From Eledone cirrhosa (Eukaryota), in NCBI GenBank assembly GCA_964016885.1, contig OZ024740.1, forward strand, positions 103,974,001 through 104,038,000: a stretch of DNA of 64,000 nucleotides, read 5' to 3'. A program made the position numbers and the translations under genes. Shown here one piece after another: positions 27,171 to 39,308 of the stretch. Position 1 is the first letter of the stretch; every line of letters begins with the position of its first letter. The notes beneath the pieces are model-generated. The model searched no databases, had not been told where the DNA came from, and saw nothing but the letters and a program-made list of their open reading frames with translations.

Positions 27171-27545
27171 GGCACAGAAATAGCTGTGTGGTTAAGAAGC
27201 TTAATTCAAAACCCATAGGATTTTAGGTTCAGTCACAGTGCCTTGTGAATGAATTTGGTAAAAAGAAACTGTAAGGAAACCCACTGTGTATGTGTGTGTG
27301 TCTGTATATATACACATGCATAAACTGTGTGAGCATGTATATTCGTGACAGTTATCGCAAATGTATTATAACACCAATACATTTTGAAAATACGGGTTCA
27401 ATAAACATCAGTGGTATATTTACCATACTAAAAATAAAGTATGGGTTTGCACCAGAAAAAGCATTCAGCTGTGGAAAAGCTGCCTTAAAGGTCTTATCCA
27501 GCCTATGCATGCATGGAAAAACAGACGTAAATATGATGATGATTG
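27171..27545 (+). mobile_element. tRNA-head SINE with RTE-derived 3' tail
   Basis: TAGCTGTGTGG A-box and GGTTCAGTC B-box; ends CATGCATGGAAAAACAGACGTAAATATGATGATGAT like the RTE tail. 5' flank is (TA)n. Confidence 0.7.
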
Positions 27546-28100
27546 TGTGTGTGTGAAATGATGTGGGTTAGCTCATCAGGAACAATGTTTGGTCAGACTC
27601 ATTTTTGTGACATCAAATGTCACATTCAAATGAATCCAAAAACCAAACAAAAAAGAACAGTTTAAAGAAGTTATGAAAAAAGTTTATATTCGATTTTGTC
27701 AGAGCAAGGTACAGCATGATCAATCCTGGCCAGACTTGTCTCTCGATGTGTGTGTGTGATTCATATCCACACACACACACACACACACACATCATTGTTT
27801 ACACATCTGCTTTTCTAAGTTTGCATAGGTTGAACATATCTATCTATCTAGGGCGGGTAAAATTCCCGAGATCCATGGGCAAGTTCTCTCCAGCGGTCTC
27901 TGTCCCTCATTATTGCTGCCATGTCCTGCGTCTCCAACAGACTAGTGTCTGTCCTTAGGGCATCAACATGTGGTGTGATATTGACAAACATGAGAAAGAG
28001 TACTCAGTACTAACCAAAGTAGTCATTATTATGGCTATGTGGGGAGCTTTGTTAATCTGGAGTTTCACCTCTGTACTCAAAGGATCATCAGACAAGACAT

Positions 28101-28131
<31 letters not shown>

Positions 28132-28132
<1 letters not shown>

Positions 28133-28566
28133 CGATATTAACAAATGGAAACTATATTTATAAAACCATATTTATTTCATTATACATATTTCAAGGACAC
28201 CAAGTTAAATTATGGTGTGATTTCATCAGATAAAATATAATATAGATCAGTTTTATAAATAAATATTGACATACCCTTAAAGAATGCAACCATTGCAACT
28301 ATCCGGGAGCTTCCAACAGCAATGGTTGCATTCTTTAAGAGTATGTCAATATTTATTTATAAAACTGATCTATATTATATTTTATCTGATGAAAGCACAC
28401 CATAATTTAACTTGGTGTCCTTGAAATATGTATAATGAAATAAATATGGTTTTATAAATATAGTTTCCATTCGTTAATATCGTATTTTTACTCCAATAAT
28501 TTGTTGAGTGCTTTATATCAGTTATAAAAATATTTGGTTGTATCCCAACAATTTAAATAGAACTTT

Positions 28567-28568
<2 letters not shown>
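28132..28568. mobile_element. Penelope-like pLTR remnant forming a ~165-bp-arm inverted repeat
   Basis: 28132-28296 is the reverse complement of 28320-28484. (TA)n on both sides; each arm contains a hammerhead core. Confidence 0.75.
28378..28442 (+). ncRNA. Type I minimal hammerhead ribozyme (mirror copy on minus strand at 28173-28237)
   Basis: Stem I TATTTTAT/ATGAAATA, CTGATGA at 28386-28392, stem II AAG.ACACCA/TGGTGT.CTT, GAAA at 28423-28426, short quasi-palindromic stem III ATATGTAT, AUA cleavage triplet at 28432-28434. Confidence 0.7.
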
Positions 28569-28610
<42 letters not shown>

Positions 28611-29181
28611 CATACATATATATGTATGTAAAAGGTAAACAGAAATAACAACACAATTGGTACAGTATATGGAAGGTATATATTAAGTTAACGCTTGATA
28701 TAGCAGGAAGAGGGTCTTAATGTGTGTGGGGGGGGGGGCACAGTTATAGCTTAATTGACAGGCATGGGATCTATCAGGAATTATGTGATGAGCCAGTGAA
28801 GAAAAGGAAAATAGGAAAAAAAGGAAAAAGGGAAAAGGAAAAAATATATATAGAGGAATGAAGAAGATTGGAGGTGAACAGTTGTATGTATAAAAATAAT
28901 TAGTAGTATTGGTGTTAGCTATTACCTTTTTCTTGGTGGGTTTTTAACCTTTTTATGTTTTATAACCTAGGTAATCATTATGTTTGATAATGTATTTTAG
29001 TGTCTAGGTCAGAGACATTGTGTCTATTAAAGTGGCATCAGCTATGGGTTAAGATTAAATAAATTATCCTGTTGGTGTAGAAGTTTTTGTTTGTGTTTTC
29101 TTGGGTGGGTGTTGTGTGGGTGTCCAGTAGTGAAATGGCAACTAGTAACATTTCACATAAGATTGTATAAACATTTGTTAG

Positions 29182-29225
<44 letters not shown>

Positions 29226-29509
29226 CTACACACATACACATACACATACACACAAATATATATCAGCTGAACTTCTGATACACCAACACTGGATTTTACA
29301 ATATTCCAAGAGATGGCAAATCTGAATAGACTTGCTTTTTTCTCAAAGATTATTTTTTTAGTTTTAGCCATCTCATTTATTTTCTGATGGAGGACTAGCT
29401 TCTGAAACATTAAGACTCTCCCTACTGTATCAAATGTAAATAATATATATCTTCATTGTACTGTGTTGTTTGCGTTGTTATTTCTGTTTGACATATATAT
29501 ATATATGTA

Positions 29510-31849
29510 TGCACCTCCCAACATAGACTGATAATTAGCGACCTCATAGTCAGGACGAGACGTACTCGACAACAGAAGAGGACTATCCTCAGGAGGAAAA
29601 TATGGAAGCTAAAGGACCCCACAGCCAGGAATAAATTTCAAAGCATATTACTTGATGCTTTCGACAGTAAAGAAGAACATTTAGAGTCGGACAATATAGA
29701 GGGAGAGTGGGAATTTCTGAAAGCAAACCTGCTGTTGGCGACAGACGAAGTCTGTGGCTGGAGCAGGCCTGTAGGCAGGAGGAGAGTAACATGGTGGTGG
29801 AACAGTAAGGTGGAGGGGTCAATTAAGGCCAAAAAGCAGGCTTGGAAAGTATGGCGGGATGGGGGAAGTAGAGAGGACTATCAAGTGGCCAGGAGGGAAG
29901 CTAGGAGACAAGTGTACTTAGCAAGAAGGGAAGCTGAGGAAAGAAAGTTCAAGCATGTTCTACAACGCGATGACCAAAAACGTGAGGTGTTCAGGATTGC
30001 TAGGCAATGCGTCAAGGAAAACCGTGATATTGTCGGGGAGAAGTGTGTACTAAACGACGATGGCACACTTGCCATCACCGACGCTGATAAGAAGGTAGCT
30101 TGGAAGTGTCACTATGAAAGGCTACTAAATGAGGAGAATAATTGGGAGAAAGGCAGTCTCCCCCATATCGACCCAATAGAGGGACCAGCAGTGTTAGTCG
30201 AGGGGAGTATAATAAGTAAGGCAATCAAGGATATGAAGACGGGTAAGGCGGCTGGGCCTTCGGAAATAGTTGCTGAGATGCTGAAGGCATCTGGCACGGT
30301 GGGACACACCATGGTCACCCGCATAGTTAACCAAGTCGTACAGAATGGGGTTGTTCCGAAGGACTGGCATAGCAGCATCATCGTTAACTGTTATAAGGGT
30401 AAAGGAGACGCCCTAGATAGGAGTAACTATAGAGGCATTAAATTAATCGACCAGGTCATGAAGGTCACGGAAAAAGTAATAGCGCAACTAATCAGAGAGA
30501 GAATTGACCTAGATGAAATGCAGTTCGGGTTTGTGTCAGGCAAAAGTACCACAGACGCTCTTTTCATAGTACGACAACTACAGGAGAAGTACCTAGCTAA
30601 AGGTAAACCCCTCTACTTAGCTTTTGTCGACTTGGAGAAAGCCTTCGACAGAGTCCCCCGCTCCATTATCTGGTGGGCTCTTAGAAAACTAGGCGTTGAC
30701 GAATGGCTTGTGAGGGCTATACAAGCCATGTATAAAGAAACAGTCAGCAAGGTTAGAATTAACAACGAATATAGTGAAGAGTTTAGCGTAAAAGTTGGCG
30801 TCCATCAGGGCTCTGTTCTCAGCCCACTACTATTTATTATTGCCCTTCAGGCTATAACAGAGGAGTTCAAGACAGGCTGCCCATGGGAACTCCTATACGC
30901 AGACGACCTGACACTCATAGCGGAATCAATGGCCGAGCTAGAGAAGAAATTCCAAACATGGAAGCACGGCCTAGAGTCAAAAGGACTTAAAATTAACCTG
31001 GCTAAGACCAAAGTACTAGTTTGTAGGAAAGAAAACAAGGCGGCGGTCCCTTCTGGGAAATGGTCGTGCTCGGTGTGTAGGAAAGGCGTGGGTAGAAACT
31101 CCATTTTATGTCCTAAATGCAAAGTATGGGTGCATAAAAGATGTAGTGGGATCACAGGTAAGCTAACTAAGAACATAGATTTTACATGTGGCCGGTGCTC
31201 TGGTGCAATAAGTAGCAGCAAGTGCCCACAAACTACTAGCTCTTTCAATTGCGCAGAGGGTTCTATAGAAATAGTGGACAGCTTCCGTTACCTGGGCGAT
31301 AAAATCAGCAGTGGGGGAGGGTGCTCTGAAAGTACTGTAGCTAGAGTCAGAACTGGTTGGAAAAAGTTCAGAGAGCTTATACCACTATTAGCTGCTAAAG
31401 GGTTCTCACTAAAAATGAAAGGCAGGTTGTACGATGCCTGCATACGAACAGCAAGGCTGCATGGCAGTGAGACCTGGGCATTGTGTGCAGAGGATATACG
31501 CAGACTAGAGAGGAACGAAGCTTGCATGCTCCGCTGGATGTGTAACAGTAATATACGTGAACGGCAAAGCATAAACGAACTAAGGAAAAAATTAGAGATA
31601 AGAGGGATCAGATGTTTACTCGAGAGAAGGCTACGTTGGTATGGACACGTGATGCGCACGAAAGTCGATAGCTGTATAACAAAGTGCAGGGCAATAAAGA
31701 TAGACGGTAGTCACGGAATAGGCAGACCTAGAAAAACCTGGGACGAGCTGATAAACTCCGACATCACACACTTACACCTCTCCAAGACAATGTCACTGGA
31801 CCGAGACCTTTGGCGGTACTCAGTAACAGAGAAGACCCGCCTTACCTAA
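29510..31849 (+). CDS. RTE LINE ORF2 (N-terminally truncated): RT with inserted PHD-type finger
   Basis: Motifs [40 protein letters not shown]. The frame is open upstream of the called 29735 start, back to 29510. Confidence 0.9.
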   Translation, partial: CTSQHRLIISDLIVRTRRTRQQKRTILRRKIWKLKDPTARNKFQSILLDAFDSKEEHLESDNIEGEWEFLKANLLLATDEVCGWSRPVGRRRVTWWWNSKVEGSIKAKKQAWKVWRDGGSREDYQVARREARRQVYLARREAEERKFKHVLQRDDQKREVFRIARQCVKENRDIVGEKCVLNDDGTLAITDADKKVAWKCHYERLLNEENNWEKGSLPHIDPIEGPAVLVEGSIISKAIKDMKTGKAAGPSEIVAEMLKASGTVGHTMVTRIVNQVVQNGVVPKDWHSSIIVNCYKGKGDALDRSNYRGIKLIDQVMKVTEKVIAQLIRERIDLDEMQFGFVSGKSTTDALFIVRQLQEKYLAKGKPLYLAFVDLEKAFDRVPRSIIWWALRKLGVDEWLVRAIQAMYKETVSKVRINNEYSEEFSVKVGVHQGSVLSPLLFIIALQAITEEFKTGCPWELLYADDLTLIAESMAELEKKFQTWKHGLESKGLKINLAKTKVLVCRKENKAAVPSGKWSCSVCRKGVGRNSILCPKCKVWVHKRCSGITGKLTKNIDFTCGRCSGAISSSKCPQTTSSFNCAEGSIEIVDSFRYLGDKISSGGGCSESTVARVRTGWKKFRELIPLLAAKGFSLKMKGRLYDACIRTARLHGSETWALCAEDIRRLERNEACMLRWMCNSNIRERQSINELRKKLEIRGIRCLLERRLRWYGHVMRTKVDSCITKCRAIKIDGSHGIGRPRKTWDELINSDITHLHLSKTMSLDRDLWRYSVTEKTRLT

Positions 31850-32250
31850 ATATATAGTAAAACCTACTCCAGCCAGTAGGCATCTCTAACAAAATACACC
31901 CCGTCCCACCACCACCACCCCCACCCGATCCACACCACCCCATTCTATGTAAAGTTATGTTGGTGCCGCGCCATCGAGGCCGAAACAAATGAGATCGTGT
32001 AGGTGTCACAACAAAAAAACACACAGTCCACGCTGTAATGTGGCCGTGTAGGCAACACGGTAAAAACCTCCCAGACCCACACTGTAAATGTGGTTGGTGT
32101 TAGGAAGGGCATCCAACTGTAGAAAACCTGCCAGACAGTCCTATGCGAGCAAGACAATCACTCTTGTCTCAAGTGGGACTACCCCCGTCCAAACCCATGC
32201 AAGCGTGGAACACGGACGTTAAACGTTGATGATGATGATGATGATGATGA
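29510..32250 (+). mobile_element. Young 5'-truncated RTE-clade LINE
   Basis: Open frame from the end of the APE domain (CTSQHRLIISDL) through the RT, a ~380-nt 3' UTR and a (GAT)n tail. (TA)n immediately 5'. Confidence 0.95.
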
Positions 32251-32409
32251 TATATGAGAGAGAGAGAGAGAGATAGTGAAATACGTATCCTTGAATATGT
32301 TTTGCTATTTTGTTGTGGAACTAACTCTATACTGACCTCATCCTTCAGACTGAGTGTTCTACCAACTTCAGATATAACCTGTTTTTTTACCACTATAGAG
32401 AGAGAGCGC

Positions 32410-32446
<37 letters not shown>

Positions 32447-32727
32447 TTACCAAAAAAATGCTTATACAATCTTAATTTGAGAACTTTAAAGCTATAAATA
32501 TATGAAAAAATATTTTGCCTTAAAATCACAAAATTGTGATAAGTTAAAGAAATGATACTTTCCAGAAATTCCTCTATTCACCTCTTTATAGTGATACATA
32601 TTAGTAATTCTTACTTTATATAACTTAATTACATATAAAAAAATGTTTAAATAATCACCCTGACCAGAAGTCCATGTTTGTTTCTTGTGATAGTTAATAG
32701 ATGAATTTACAATCATTGCTCCTGATA

Positions 32728-32980
32728 TCATCATCATCATTATTTAACATCCATTTTCACTGCTAGCTTGGGTTAGACAAGTTGTCCCATTGTGAGATGA
32801 GTCAGATCAAGTTACTGTGTTTTGCTCATACAGAACTGATTCTAGCTTGGTTTTTATGGCTGGATGTCTTTCCTAACACCAAATACATTTACAACTGATA
32901 GGTTGGAATGGGGACATTGTCATCTTGTCACTAGCACGACCACCTTACAGGGTGGACTGGGTGTTTTTTGTTGTGTCACC
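32728..32980 (-). mobile_element. Short non-autonomous element with RTE 3' tail
   Basis: (CAT)n tail plus GGCTGGATGTCTTTCCTAACACCAA; homologous to 35127-35370 and 36845-37072. Confidence 0.7.
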
Positions 32981-35126
32981 AAAGGTACAAATATTTTATA
33001 AATCATTTGAAACTGGATTATAGTTTGTAATTAAAGGGTCATTATTATTATTATTTCCTGTGGTCACTCAAAGTTAGGTAGTTGGAACAGTGCGGTCACT
33101 CAAAGTTAGGTAGTTGGAACAGTGCCAAACCCAAATACTTATCCATGTGTATTCAGTTTTAAAAAGGTGCACTGTATTACTACATGCCATAAGAGTCAAC
33201 TAAAAGCGTTGAAATATATCAGTGGTAGAGCTAGTTTAACTAGTGGTGTAGATATGAATAATGATCATATTACCAAAATTTATAAATTTATGATTCTGTA
33301 TACTGGGTCAATATATTGTGCAGCAGCCTGGCTTAGTTCACATGATTCTTGTGACAAACAATCTCTACATTGACAAAATTAACACTTAATTATTTATATA
33401 TTCAGGAATAAAAGATAATAGTATTATTAGTGTTATAGAGGATTCAGTTTAAAGAGTAAATATAAATGTTAAGTTTCAACATTAACAAAGTCAGTAATTA
33501 TTTTAATTGAGTAGTAATTATTTCAAGTATCGAAGTAAGTCCTATGGAGGGTAAGTGGCAGAAAATTAATTCCTACATAGATGCATTCTCTACAGTCCCT
33601 CTCTGTATGGTGAAGCAGTGCTCAATATATTAGTGGTTATTATCATAGTTATAAAAAGTATTGTTAGAGAAGAAATGAGAGAAATTGGATTCTGTTTTTG
33701 TATTGTTTCCCTATAGTAGACATATAACTTTGCTGTGTAAGTATATTCCTGTAGAGCTAAAAGTTTTTTTATGATTTGAAGTGTTAGCTTCTTCCAAGGT
33801 TTGATCATGGGGAAGTTCCAAGATGAGGCCATGCAACTGGCTTCTACTATGCTATCAGCCTACACTCAACATCAATATCATTATATTATCCTCTGGAGCC
33901 TAATAGTTTATAGCTTAAATAAGTCTTAGTAATCCTATGTCAACATGCAGTAACTTTCTTCAATTTCTAGTTGAGTAGTGATATTTTCAAAGAGAATTTG
34001 CTTAGCTTCTTCTGTACAGAGGTTACATACTCTTCAATTTCCCATATATTGTAAAGCTCTTGCTAAAGATTTTTTACTGGGGATCATGTGTAGCTAGCTT
34101 GATAATACCATCACCTATTGCCTCTTAGAGTTGCAGAATGTATTCAGATGTTGGCTATATCATATCTTGAAGTTGATGGCTTATTTATGTAGTTACCTCT
34201 CACAATAAATAATACTTTTATCCAGGCAGTGGGAGTCAAGAGATCCTTCTCAAGAGCTAGTGCAGTTACTGCCAGAAGAGTTTGTCCTATCACTATATCT
34301 ACTATTCTCAACTCCTGCTAAGTTTAGCTAAATTGGAAGAAGTGATATTTTGTCCTAGGTTAGAAGTAGAGAAATTATAGAATTTTGCGATAGTATGATT
34401 AAAAATCATATGGTGTCTGTGTTGTGGAGGGAAATTCTTGCTCTGTAAGAAGAAAAAATGTCTTTAGAAAGCAGCTCTGAAGTTGTATCCTTCACCATCA
34501 TCTCTTTCTCCAAAACTTAATGTACATTTATTGTATACAGTTTGTATGTGTGTGTGCATATATCTAACTATTCATACATGTGTGTGTATGTATGCGCACA
34601 TGCACACACAATAGAACTTAATGCTAATTTACATTTATAATTTTTAAAATGAGAGACGCCTAGTTTGCTATACGAAGTCAGTGAAGATGATAATTATGAG
34701 ACAGTACCAGAAAATGCACAGATTAAAAATTTACTATTAAATGCTTATATGTTTTTGACATGATATATAGAGCTCTTTAAAGGTAAAAGGATATAGGAAC
34801 ATTACATTGGACAGTAACATAAAATATTAAGGTATACATCCTATAGACATATTTATTGCCATATTTGCCACGGTCTGATGGTACATTCATCTCAGTTCAG
34901 CTATTGATAATGCTTGCCTATTTTTATTAATACAAAGGAAATATCACAATACTATACACTTTATATAACATGCACAGATAGACACACCCACAAATATATG
35001 TATGTATTTATATATATATATACACACACACACGCATACACATATATATATATATATGTATAGGAAAAAGTATGACCCCGACGGCAGAGCTCAAGCCGTT
35101 TTGATGGCTATTTCTATATATATATA

Positions 35127-35370
35127 TGATCATCATCACCGTTTTACATCCATTCAACAAACGGTTGTCCTGTTGTGGGCAATGGTAGGTCGGGTGATCT
35201 TGTCTTGCTCATACAGGAACTGATTTGGGCTCGATTTCTACATGGATGCCATTCCTAGCACCAACCTCATTTACAGTGAGTGCTGGGTGCTTTTTTTTCC
35301 ATGGCGCCTACACAACCACTTTACAGTGTGGGCTGGGTGCTTTTTGTCATGACACCTCCATGACCACTTT
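35127..35370 (-). mobile_element. Short non-autonomous element with RTE 3' tail
   Basis: TTGTCTTGCTCATACAGGAACTGA, GGATGCCATTCCTAGCACCAAC; (GAT)n-type tail. Confidence 0.7.
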
Positions 35371-35939
35371 GTAGTGAGAGGGCATGACACACACACATAC
35401 ATACATGTGTGCGCTTACAAATGAATATGCTCATTTATAAATATATATAGACATTAAAAAATTGTGACTATCAGCAAGTAGATATTTGATATGTCTATAC
35501 AATGTTCACATACAAATACATTAATTTAGATTTCCACAGGTAGATAAATAGATAGATAGATAGATTGAAAGCTTTCAAGTGTGAAGATATATGTTACAGA
35601 AGCTTTGTAGCAAATATATATAGATGACTGTGAGGGGTGTTATAAAATTAATTTATATAATAAATCAAAAGTAAAGTCGATGTAGTGGACTATTGAAGTC
35701 AAGCAATGATAAAAACTATTACATAATAAGTTAAACAGGAATTCAATTAATACGAGTGTCTTACAATACCCATGAAATTAGGCACACCTTTCATTGACTG
35801 TATGTCAACAAACTATCAATACCTAAGTGGTCACATAGACAAATGTGTGTATCATCATCATCATCATCATTATTTTACGTCCACTTTTCCCTACTTGTAA
35901 GGGTGGGACAGTGTATATATATATATATATATGTATATA

Positions 35940-36840
35940 TATAGAAATAGTGGACACCTTCCGTTACCTGGGTGAGAAAATCAGCAGTGGTGGAGGGTGC
36001 TCAGAAAGTACAGTAGCTAGAGTCAAAACGGGATGGAAAAAGTTCAGAGAGCTTATACCACTATTGGCCGCTAAAGGGTTCTCCCTAAAAATGAAAGGCA
36101 GGTTGTATGATGCCTGCATACAAACAGCAATGTTGCATGGCAGTGAGACTTGGGCATTGTGTGCAGAGGATATACGCAGACTGAAGAGGAACGAAGCTTG
36201 CATGCTCCGCTGGATGTGTAATAGTAATATACGTGAACAGCAAAGCATAAACGAACTAAGGGAGAAATTAGGAATAAGAGGGATCAGATGTTGTTTACTC
36301 GAGAGAAAACTACGTTGGTATGGTCACGTGATGTGCATGAAAGACGACAGCTGTATAAAAATGTGCAGGGCGATAAAAATAGACGGTAGCCACGGAGTAG
36401 GCAGACCCAGAAAAACCTGGGACGACTTGATAAATTCCGACCTCACACACACCGACCGAGATCTTTGGCGCTACACAGTAATACAGAAGACCCGCCTTGC
36501 CTATGTACAAAGCGAAACCTACAGTCAGTAGGCACCTCTAACAAAAATACACCCCCGTCCCACTACCCCCACCCCATCCACACCACCCCTTTCAATGTAA
36601 AGTTATGTTGGTACCACAACATACAGGCCGAAACAAATGAGGTCGTGTAGGTGTCACGACAAAAAACACAGTCCACGCTGTAATGTGGTTGGTGTTAGGA
36701 AGGGCATCCAGCCGTAGAAAACCCGCCAGACAGTCCTATGCGAGCAAGACAACCACTCTTGCCTCAAGTGGGAAAATTCCCGTCCAAACCCATGCAAGCA
36801 TGGAAGATGGACGTTAAACGATGAGGATGGTGATGATGAT
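35940..36840 (+). mobile_element. 5'-truncated copy of the young RTE LINE
   Basis: EIVDTFRYLG...RDLWRY nearly identical to 31265-31849. (TA)n 5' flank and (GAT)n tail. Confidence 0.95.
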
Positions 36841-36844
36841 ATAT

Positions 36845-37072
36845 ACCCACACTGTAAAGTGGATGTGTAAGTACCAAGGAAAAAAAAAAGCACCCTGTAC
36901 TCACTGTAAATGAGGTTGGTGTTAGGAAGGGCATCCAGCTATAAAAATCAAGCCAGAATTAGTTCCCGTATGAGCAAGACAAGGTCAGCCGACCGGACAC
37001 TGCCCACAACAGTACAACCCATCTAACCCATGCTAGCGTGGAAGAACAGACGTAAAACGGTGATGATGATGA
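36845..37072 (+). mobile_element. Short non-autonomous element with RTE 3' tail, directly after the LINE
   Basis: GTTGGTGTTAGGAAGGGCATCCAGC..ATGAGCAAGACAA..CCCATGCTAGCGTGGAAGAACAGACGTAAAACGGTGATGATGAT. Confidence 0.75.
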
Positions 37073-37644
37073 TATATATATTTGCTGTGACCCATCTTCT
37101 CTCTCTCCTTCTACCTACCTATTTCGTTGCTTTCTACTCTTCCCTCTTTCTTTCTCTCCCTTTCTCCCTCTCTCTGCCAGCCACCTCATTGTTTCCCTCG
37201 TCTGACCCTCTAGCAGTCCTTTTCTCACTTACACTCACTGGGGTCAGACGTGTCTTTTCGTTCGCCCACACACTCTCGAACTTACGTTCAGCTATCGATG
37301 TGGACTTGGATTTTCTTACTTTAAGTTGCTTGCACATTCCTCGGATTGTTGTTTTTTCCCGCTGTTTTTCTCTTTTCTTCCCTTTTTTTCCTTTTCCTTC
37401 CCTCCCTCCATTTTCTGACAACTGATGAGGAAAATTACCCCCCACGTTCTTGCTTTCTTCTTATTCTTATTCCTATTTTTAAGCCCACCTATATATATAT
37501 ATATATCATTATCTATAATATATATATATACACACATGCATTCATACACACGGACGCATTCATGCACATGAACACATTCATACAGTACACACACATTACG
37601 CAAATATATATTTGTAGGCATACACACATGTACTAGTATGTATG

Positions 37645-37693
<49 letters not shown>

Positions 37694-37695
<2 letters not shown>

Positions 37696-37885
37696 CAAAG
37701 GAGTTGTGGTAAGGTACCAGATGGACCATAACGCACCAGAGCACTCAATACTTAGGGTAGTAGAGTGGGTAATAGGAAAATGTATGACCCCGACGGGAGA
37801 GCTCAAGTAGTTTCGACTGCTATTTCTGGACTCCAGAAATAGCAGTCGAAACTGCTTGAGCTCTGCCGTCAGGGTCATAGATTTT

Positions 37886-37890
<5 letters not shown>
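37694..37890. mobile_element. Penelope-like pLTR fragment with fold-back (partial hammerhead)
   Basis: Palindrome at ~37772-37890 centred at TGGACTCCA containing CGAAAC.GC-TTGAGCTCT-GCCGTC. Near-identical to 46778-46970 and the fragment at 35060-35115; embedded in (TA)n. Confidence 0.65.
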
Positions 37891-37950
<60 letters not shown>

Positions 37951-37951
<1 letters not shown>

Positions 37952-38388
37952 AAAATCTATGAACGTGAATTTCCTGGGCAGACTGTTCCATTAATCAAAT
38001 CATTTGGAAGAATCGTCAGAATGACCAGATATCTGACAAGAATAGGTGTGTATATATGTGCACACACACATATATACACACCTGTTCTTGTCAGACATCT
38101 GGTGATTCTGACGATTCTTCCAAATGATTTGATTAATGGAACAGTCTGCCCAGGAAATTCACGTTCAAGTTAACATGAAATTAACAAATACACGTTCCCT
38201 TAACAGAGTTCGCAGGGTTATTCAACAGGGTGAATTCAAGCTACAACTAATTCTTGTCAGCTGTGTGGACTGGTGCAAGGTGAAATAGAGTGCCTTGCTC
38301 CAGTACACTGTGCACTACCAAGAATTGAACTCCCAATCTTATGATCATGAGCTGAAAACCTTATCCACTAAGCTATGTGCCTTCACAC
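37951..38388 (-). mobile_element. tRNA-derived SINE (38070-38388) with inverted duplication of its 3' ~100 bp (37951-38060)
   Basis: Reverse-strand head GAAGGCACATAGCTTAGTGG...GGGAGTTCAATTC. Arms GAACGTGAATTTCCTGGGCAGACTG.../...CAGTCTGCCCAGGAAATTCACGTTC. Confidence 0.8.
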
Positions 38389-38615
38389 ACAAACACGCAT
38401 TTATGTAAAAGTGTGTGTGTGCATGCACGCGCATGTATCATCATTATTTTCGATCTACTTTCCATACTGGCATGGGTTGGGTGACTTGATAATTTGAGTT
38501 TTTATTTAGCATTACTGCCCCCCTGGATTAATCAGAGGAACATCTTGCATTGTTTCAGGGTTTCAGTTACGTAGTGCACTGGAAGCATTTTATCAAGGTA
38601 CCAGCATGTGCATGC

Positions 38616-38618
<3 letters not shown>

Positions 38619-38694
<76 letters not shown>

Positions 38695-38695
38695 T
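38619..38695 (+). repeat. (GA)n microsatellite
   Basis: Direct read. Confidence 0.95.
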
Positions 38696-39168
38696 GAGAA
38701 AGAGAAAGAGTAAATGAATGCAATAATAATTGAAGTATAGAGCGGGTTTTAATTTGTCCTGTCACACAAACACACACACTCAAATATATACATGTGTGTG
38801 TGTGAGTGTGTGTGTGTGTAAACAACAGTTGACTTAAGAAGTATTGTGGTCTGCAGAGAAGCAGCATTTCCTATATCCTTTACAGGTCCTCTGAAACAGG
38901 TTAGATTGGTATGGTTGATGTTCAATTTGAACGTTTTTCTATAAAGAGTTGTAATTTGATTATACACACTCAGAAATAACAATTTGTTTATTTGTAGGAA
39001 AAAGAATATTTATGCAAAAGGAAAGGACCAAAACCAAAATAAAAGAAAAAAAAGGAATAAATCAAATGAAACCAATCCCTGCCCTGCTGCCAAAAACTGT
39101 GGGTAAAATATGTACTTGTAAGGAAAGGAATCTATGTCAGCTGATAACTCAGTGTCATTTGAACCATG

Positions 39169-39270
39169 GCTGAGAATCTTGCCGAGCTGGTGACCAGCAG
39201 GTGGAGAGCAAGCAAGCTGGCAGACAGCCAAGATGGTGGGTGGGAGACATATGAACATATCTGCTGCGGA
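39169..39270 (-). promoter_or_regulatory. Candidate intronic RNA-pairing element downstream of exon 6a
   Basis: 39169-39215 is complementary to 24430-24477 (about 39 of 47 nt pairable, including 2 G-U). 39254-39270 is complementary to 24376-24392 (15 of 17). Unique, GC-richer than the surroundings. Confidence 0.7.
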
Positions 39271-39308
39271 ACAGAACATAATTTCACTACTTTGCGTCCT
39301 GCACCCAC

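Noticed and set aside
29383-29420. Hammerhead-like CTGATGG..GAAAC
   Set aside because: Core and cleavage triplet are degenerate; at most a dead pLTR remnant.
33061-33124. 31-bp tandem duplication
   Set aside because: Ordinary slippage duplication with no further signal.
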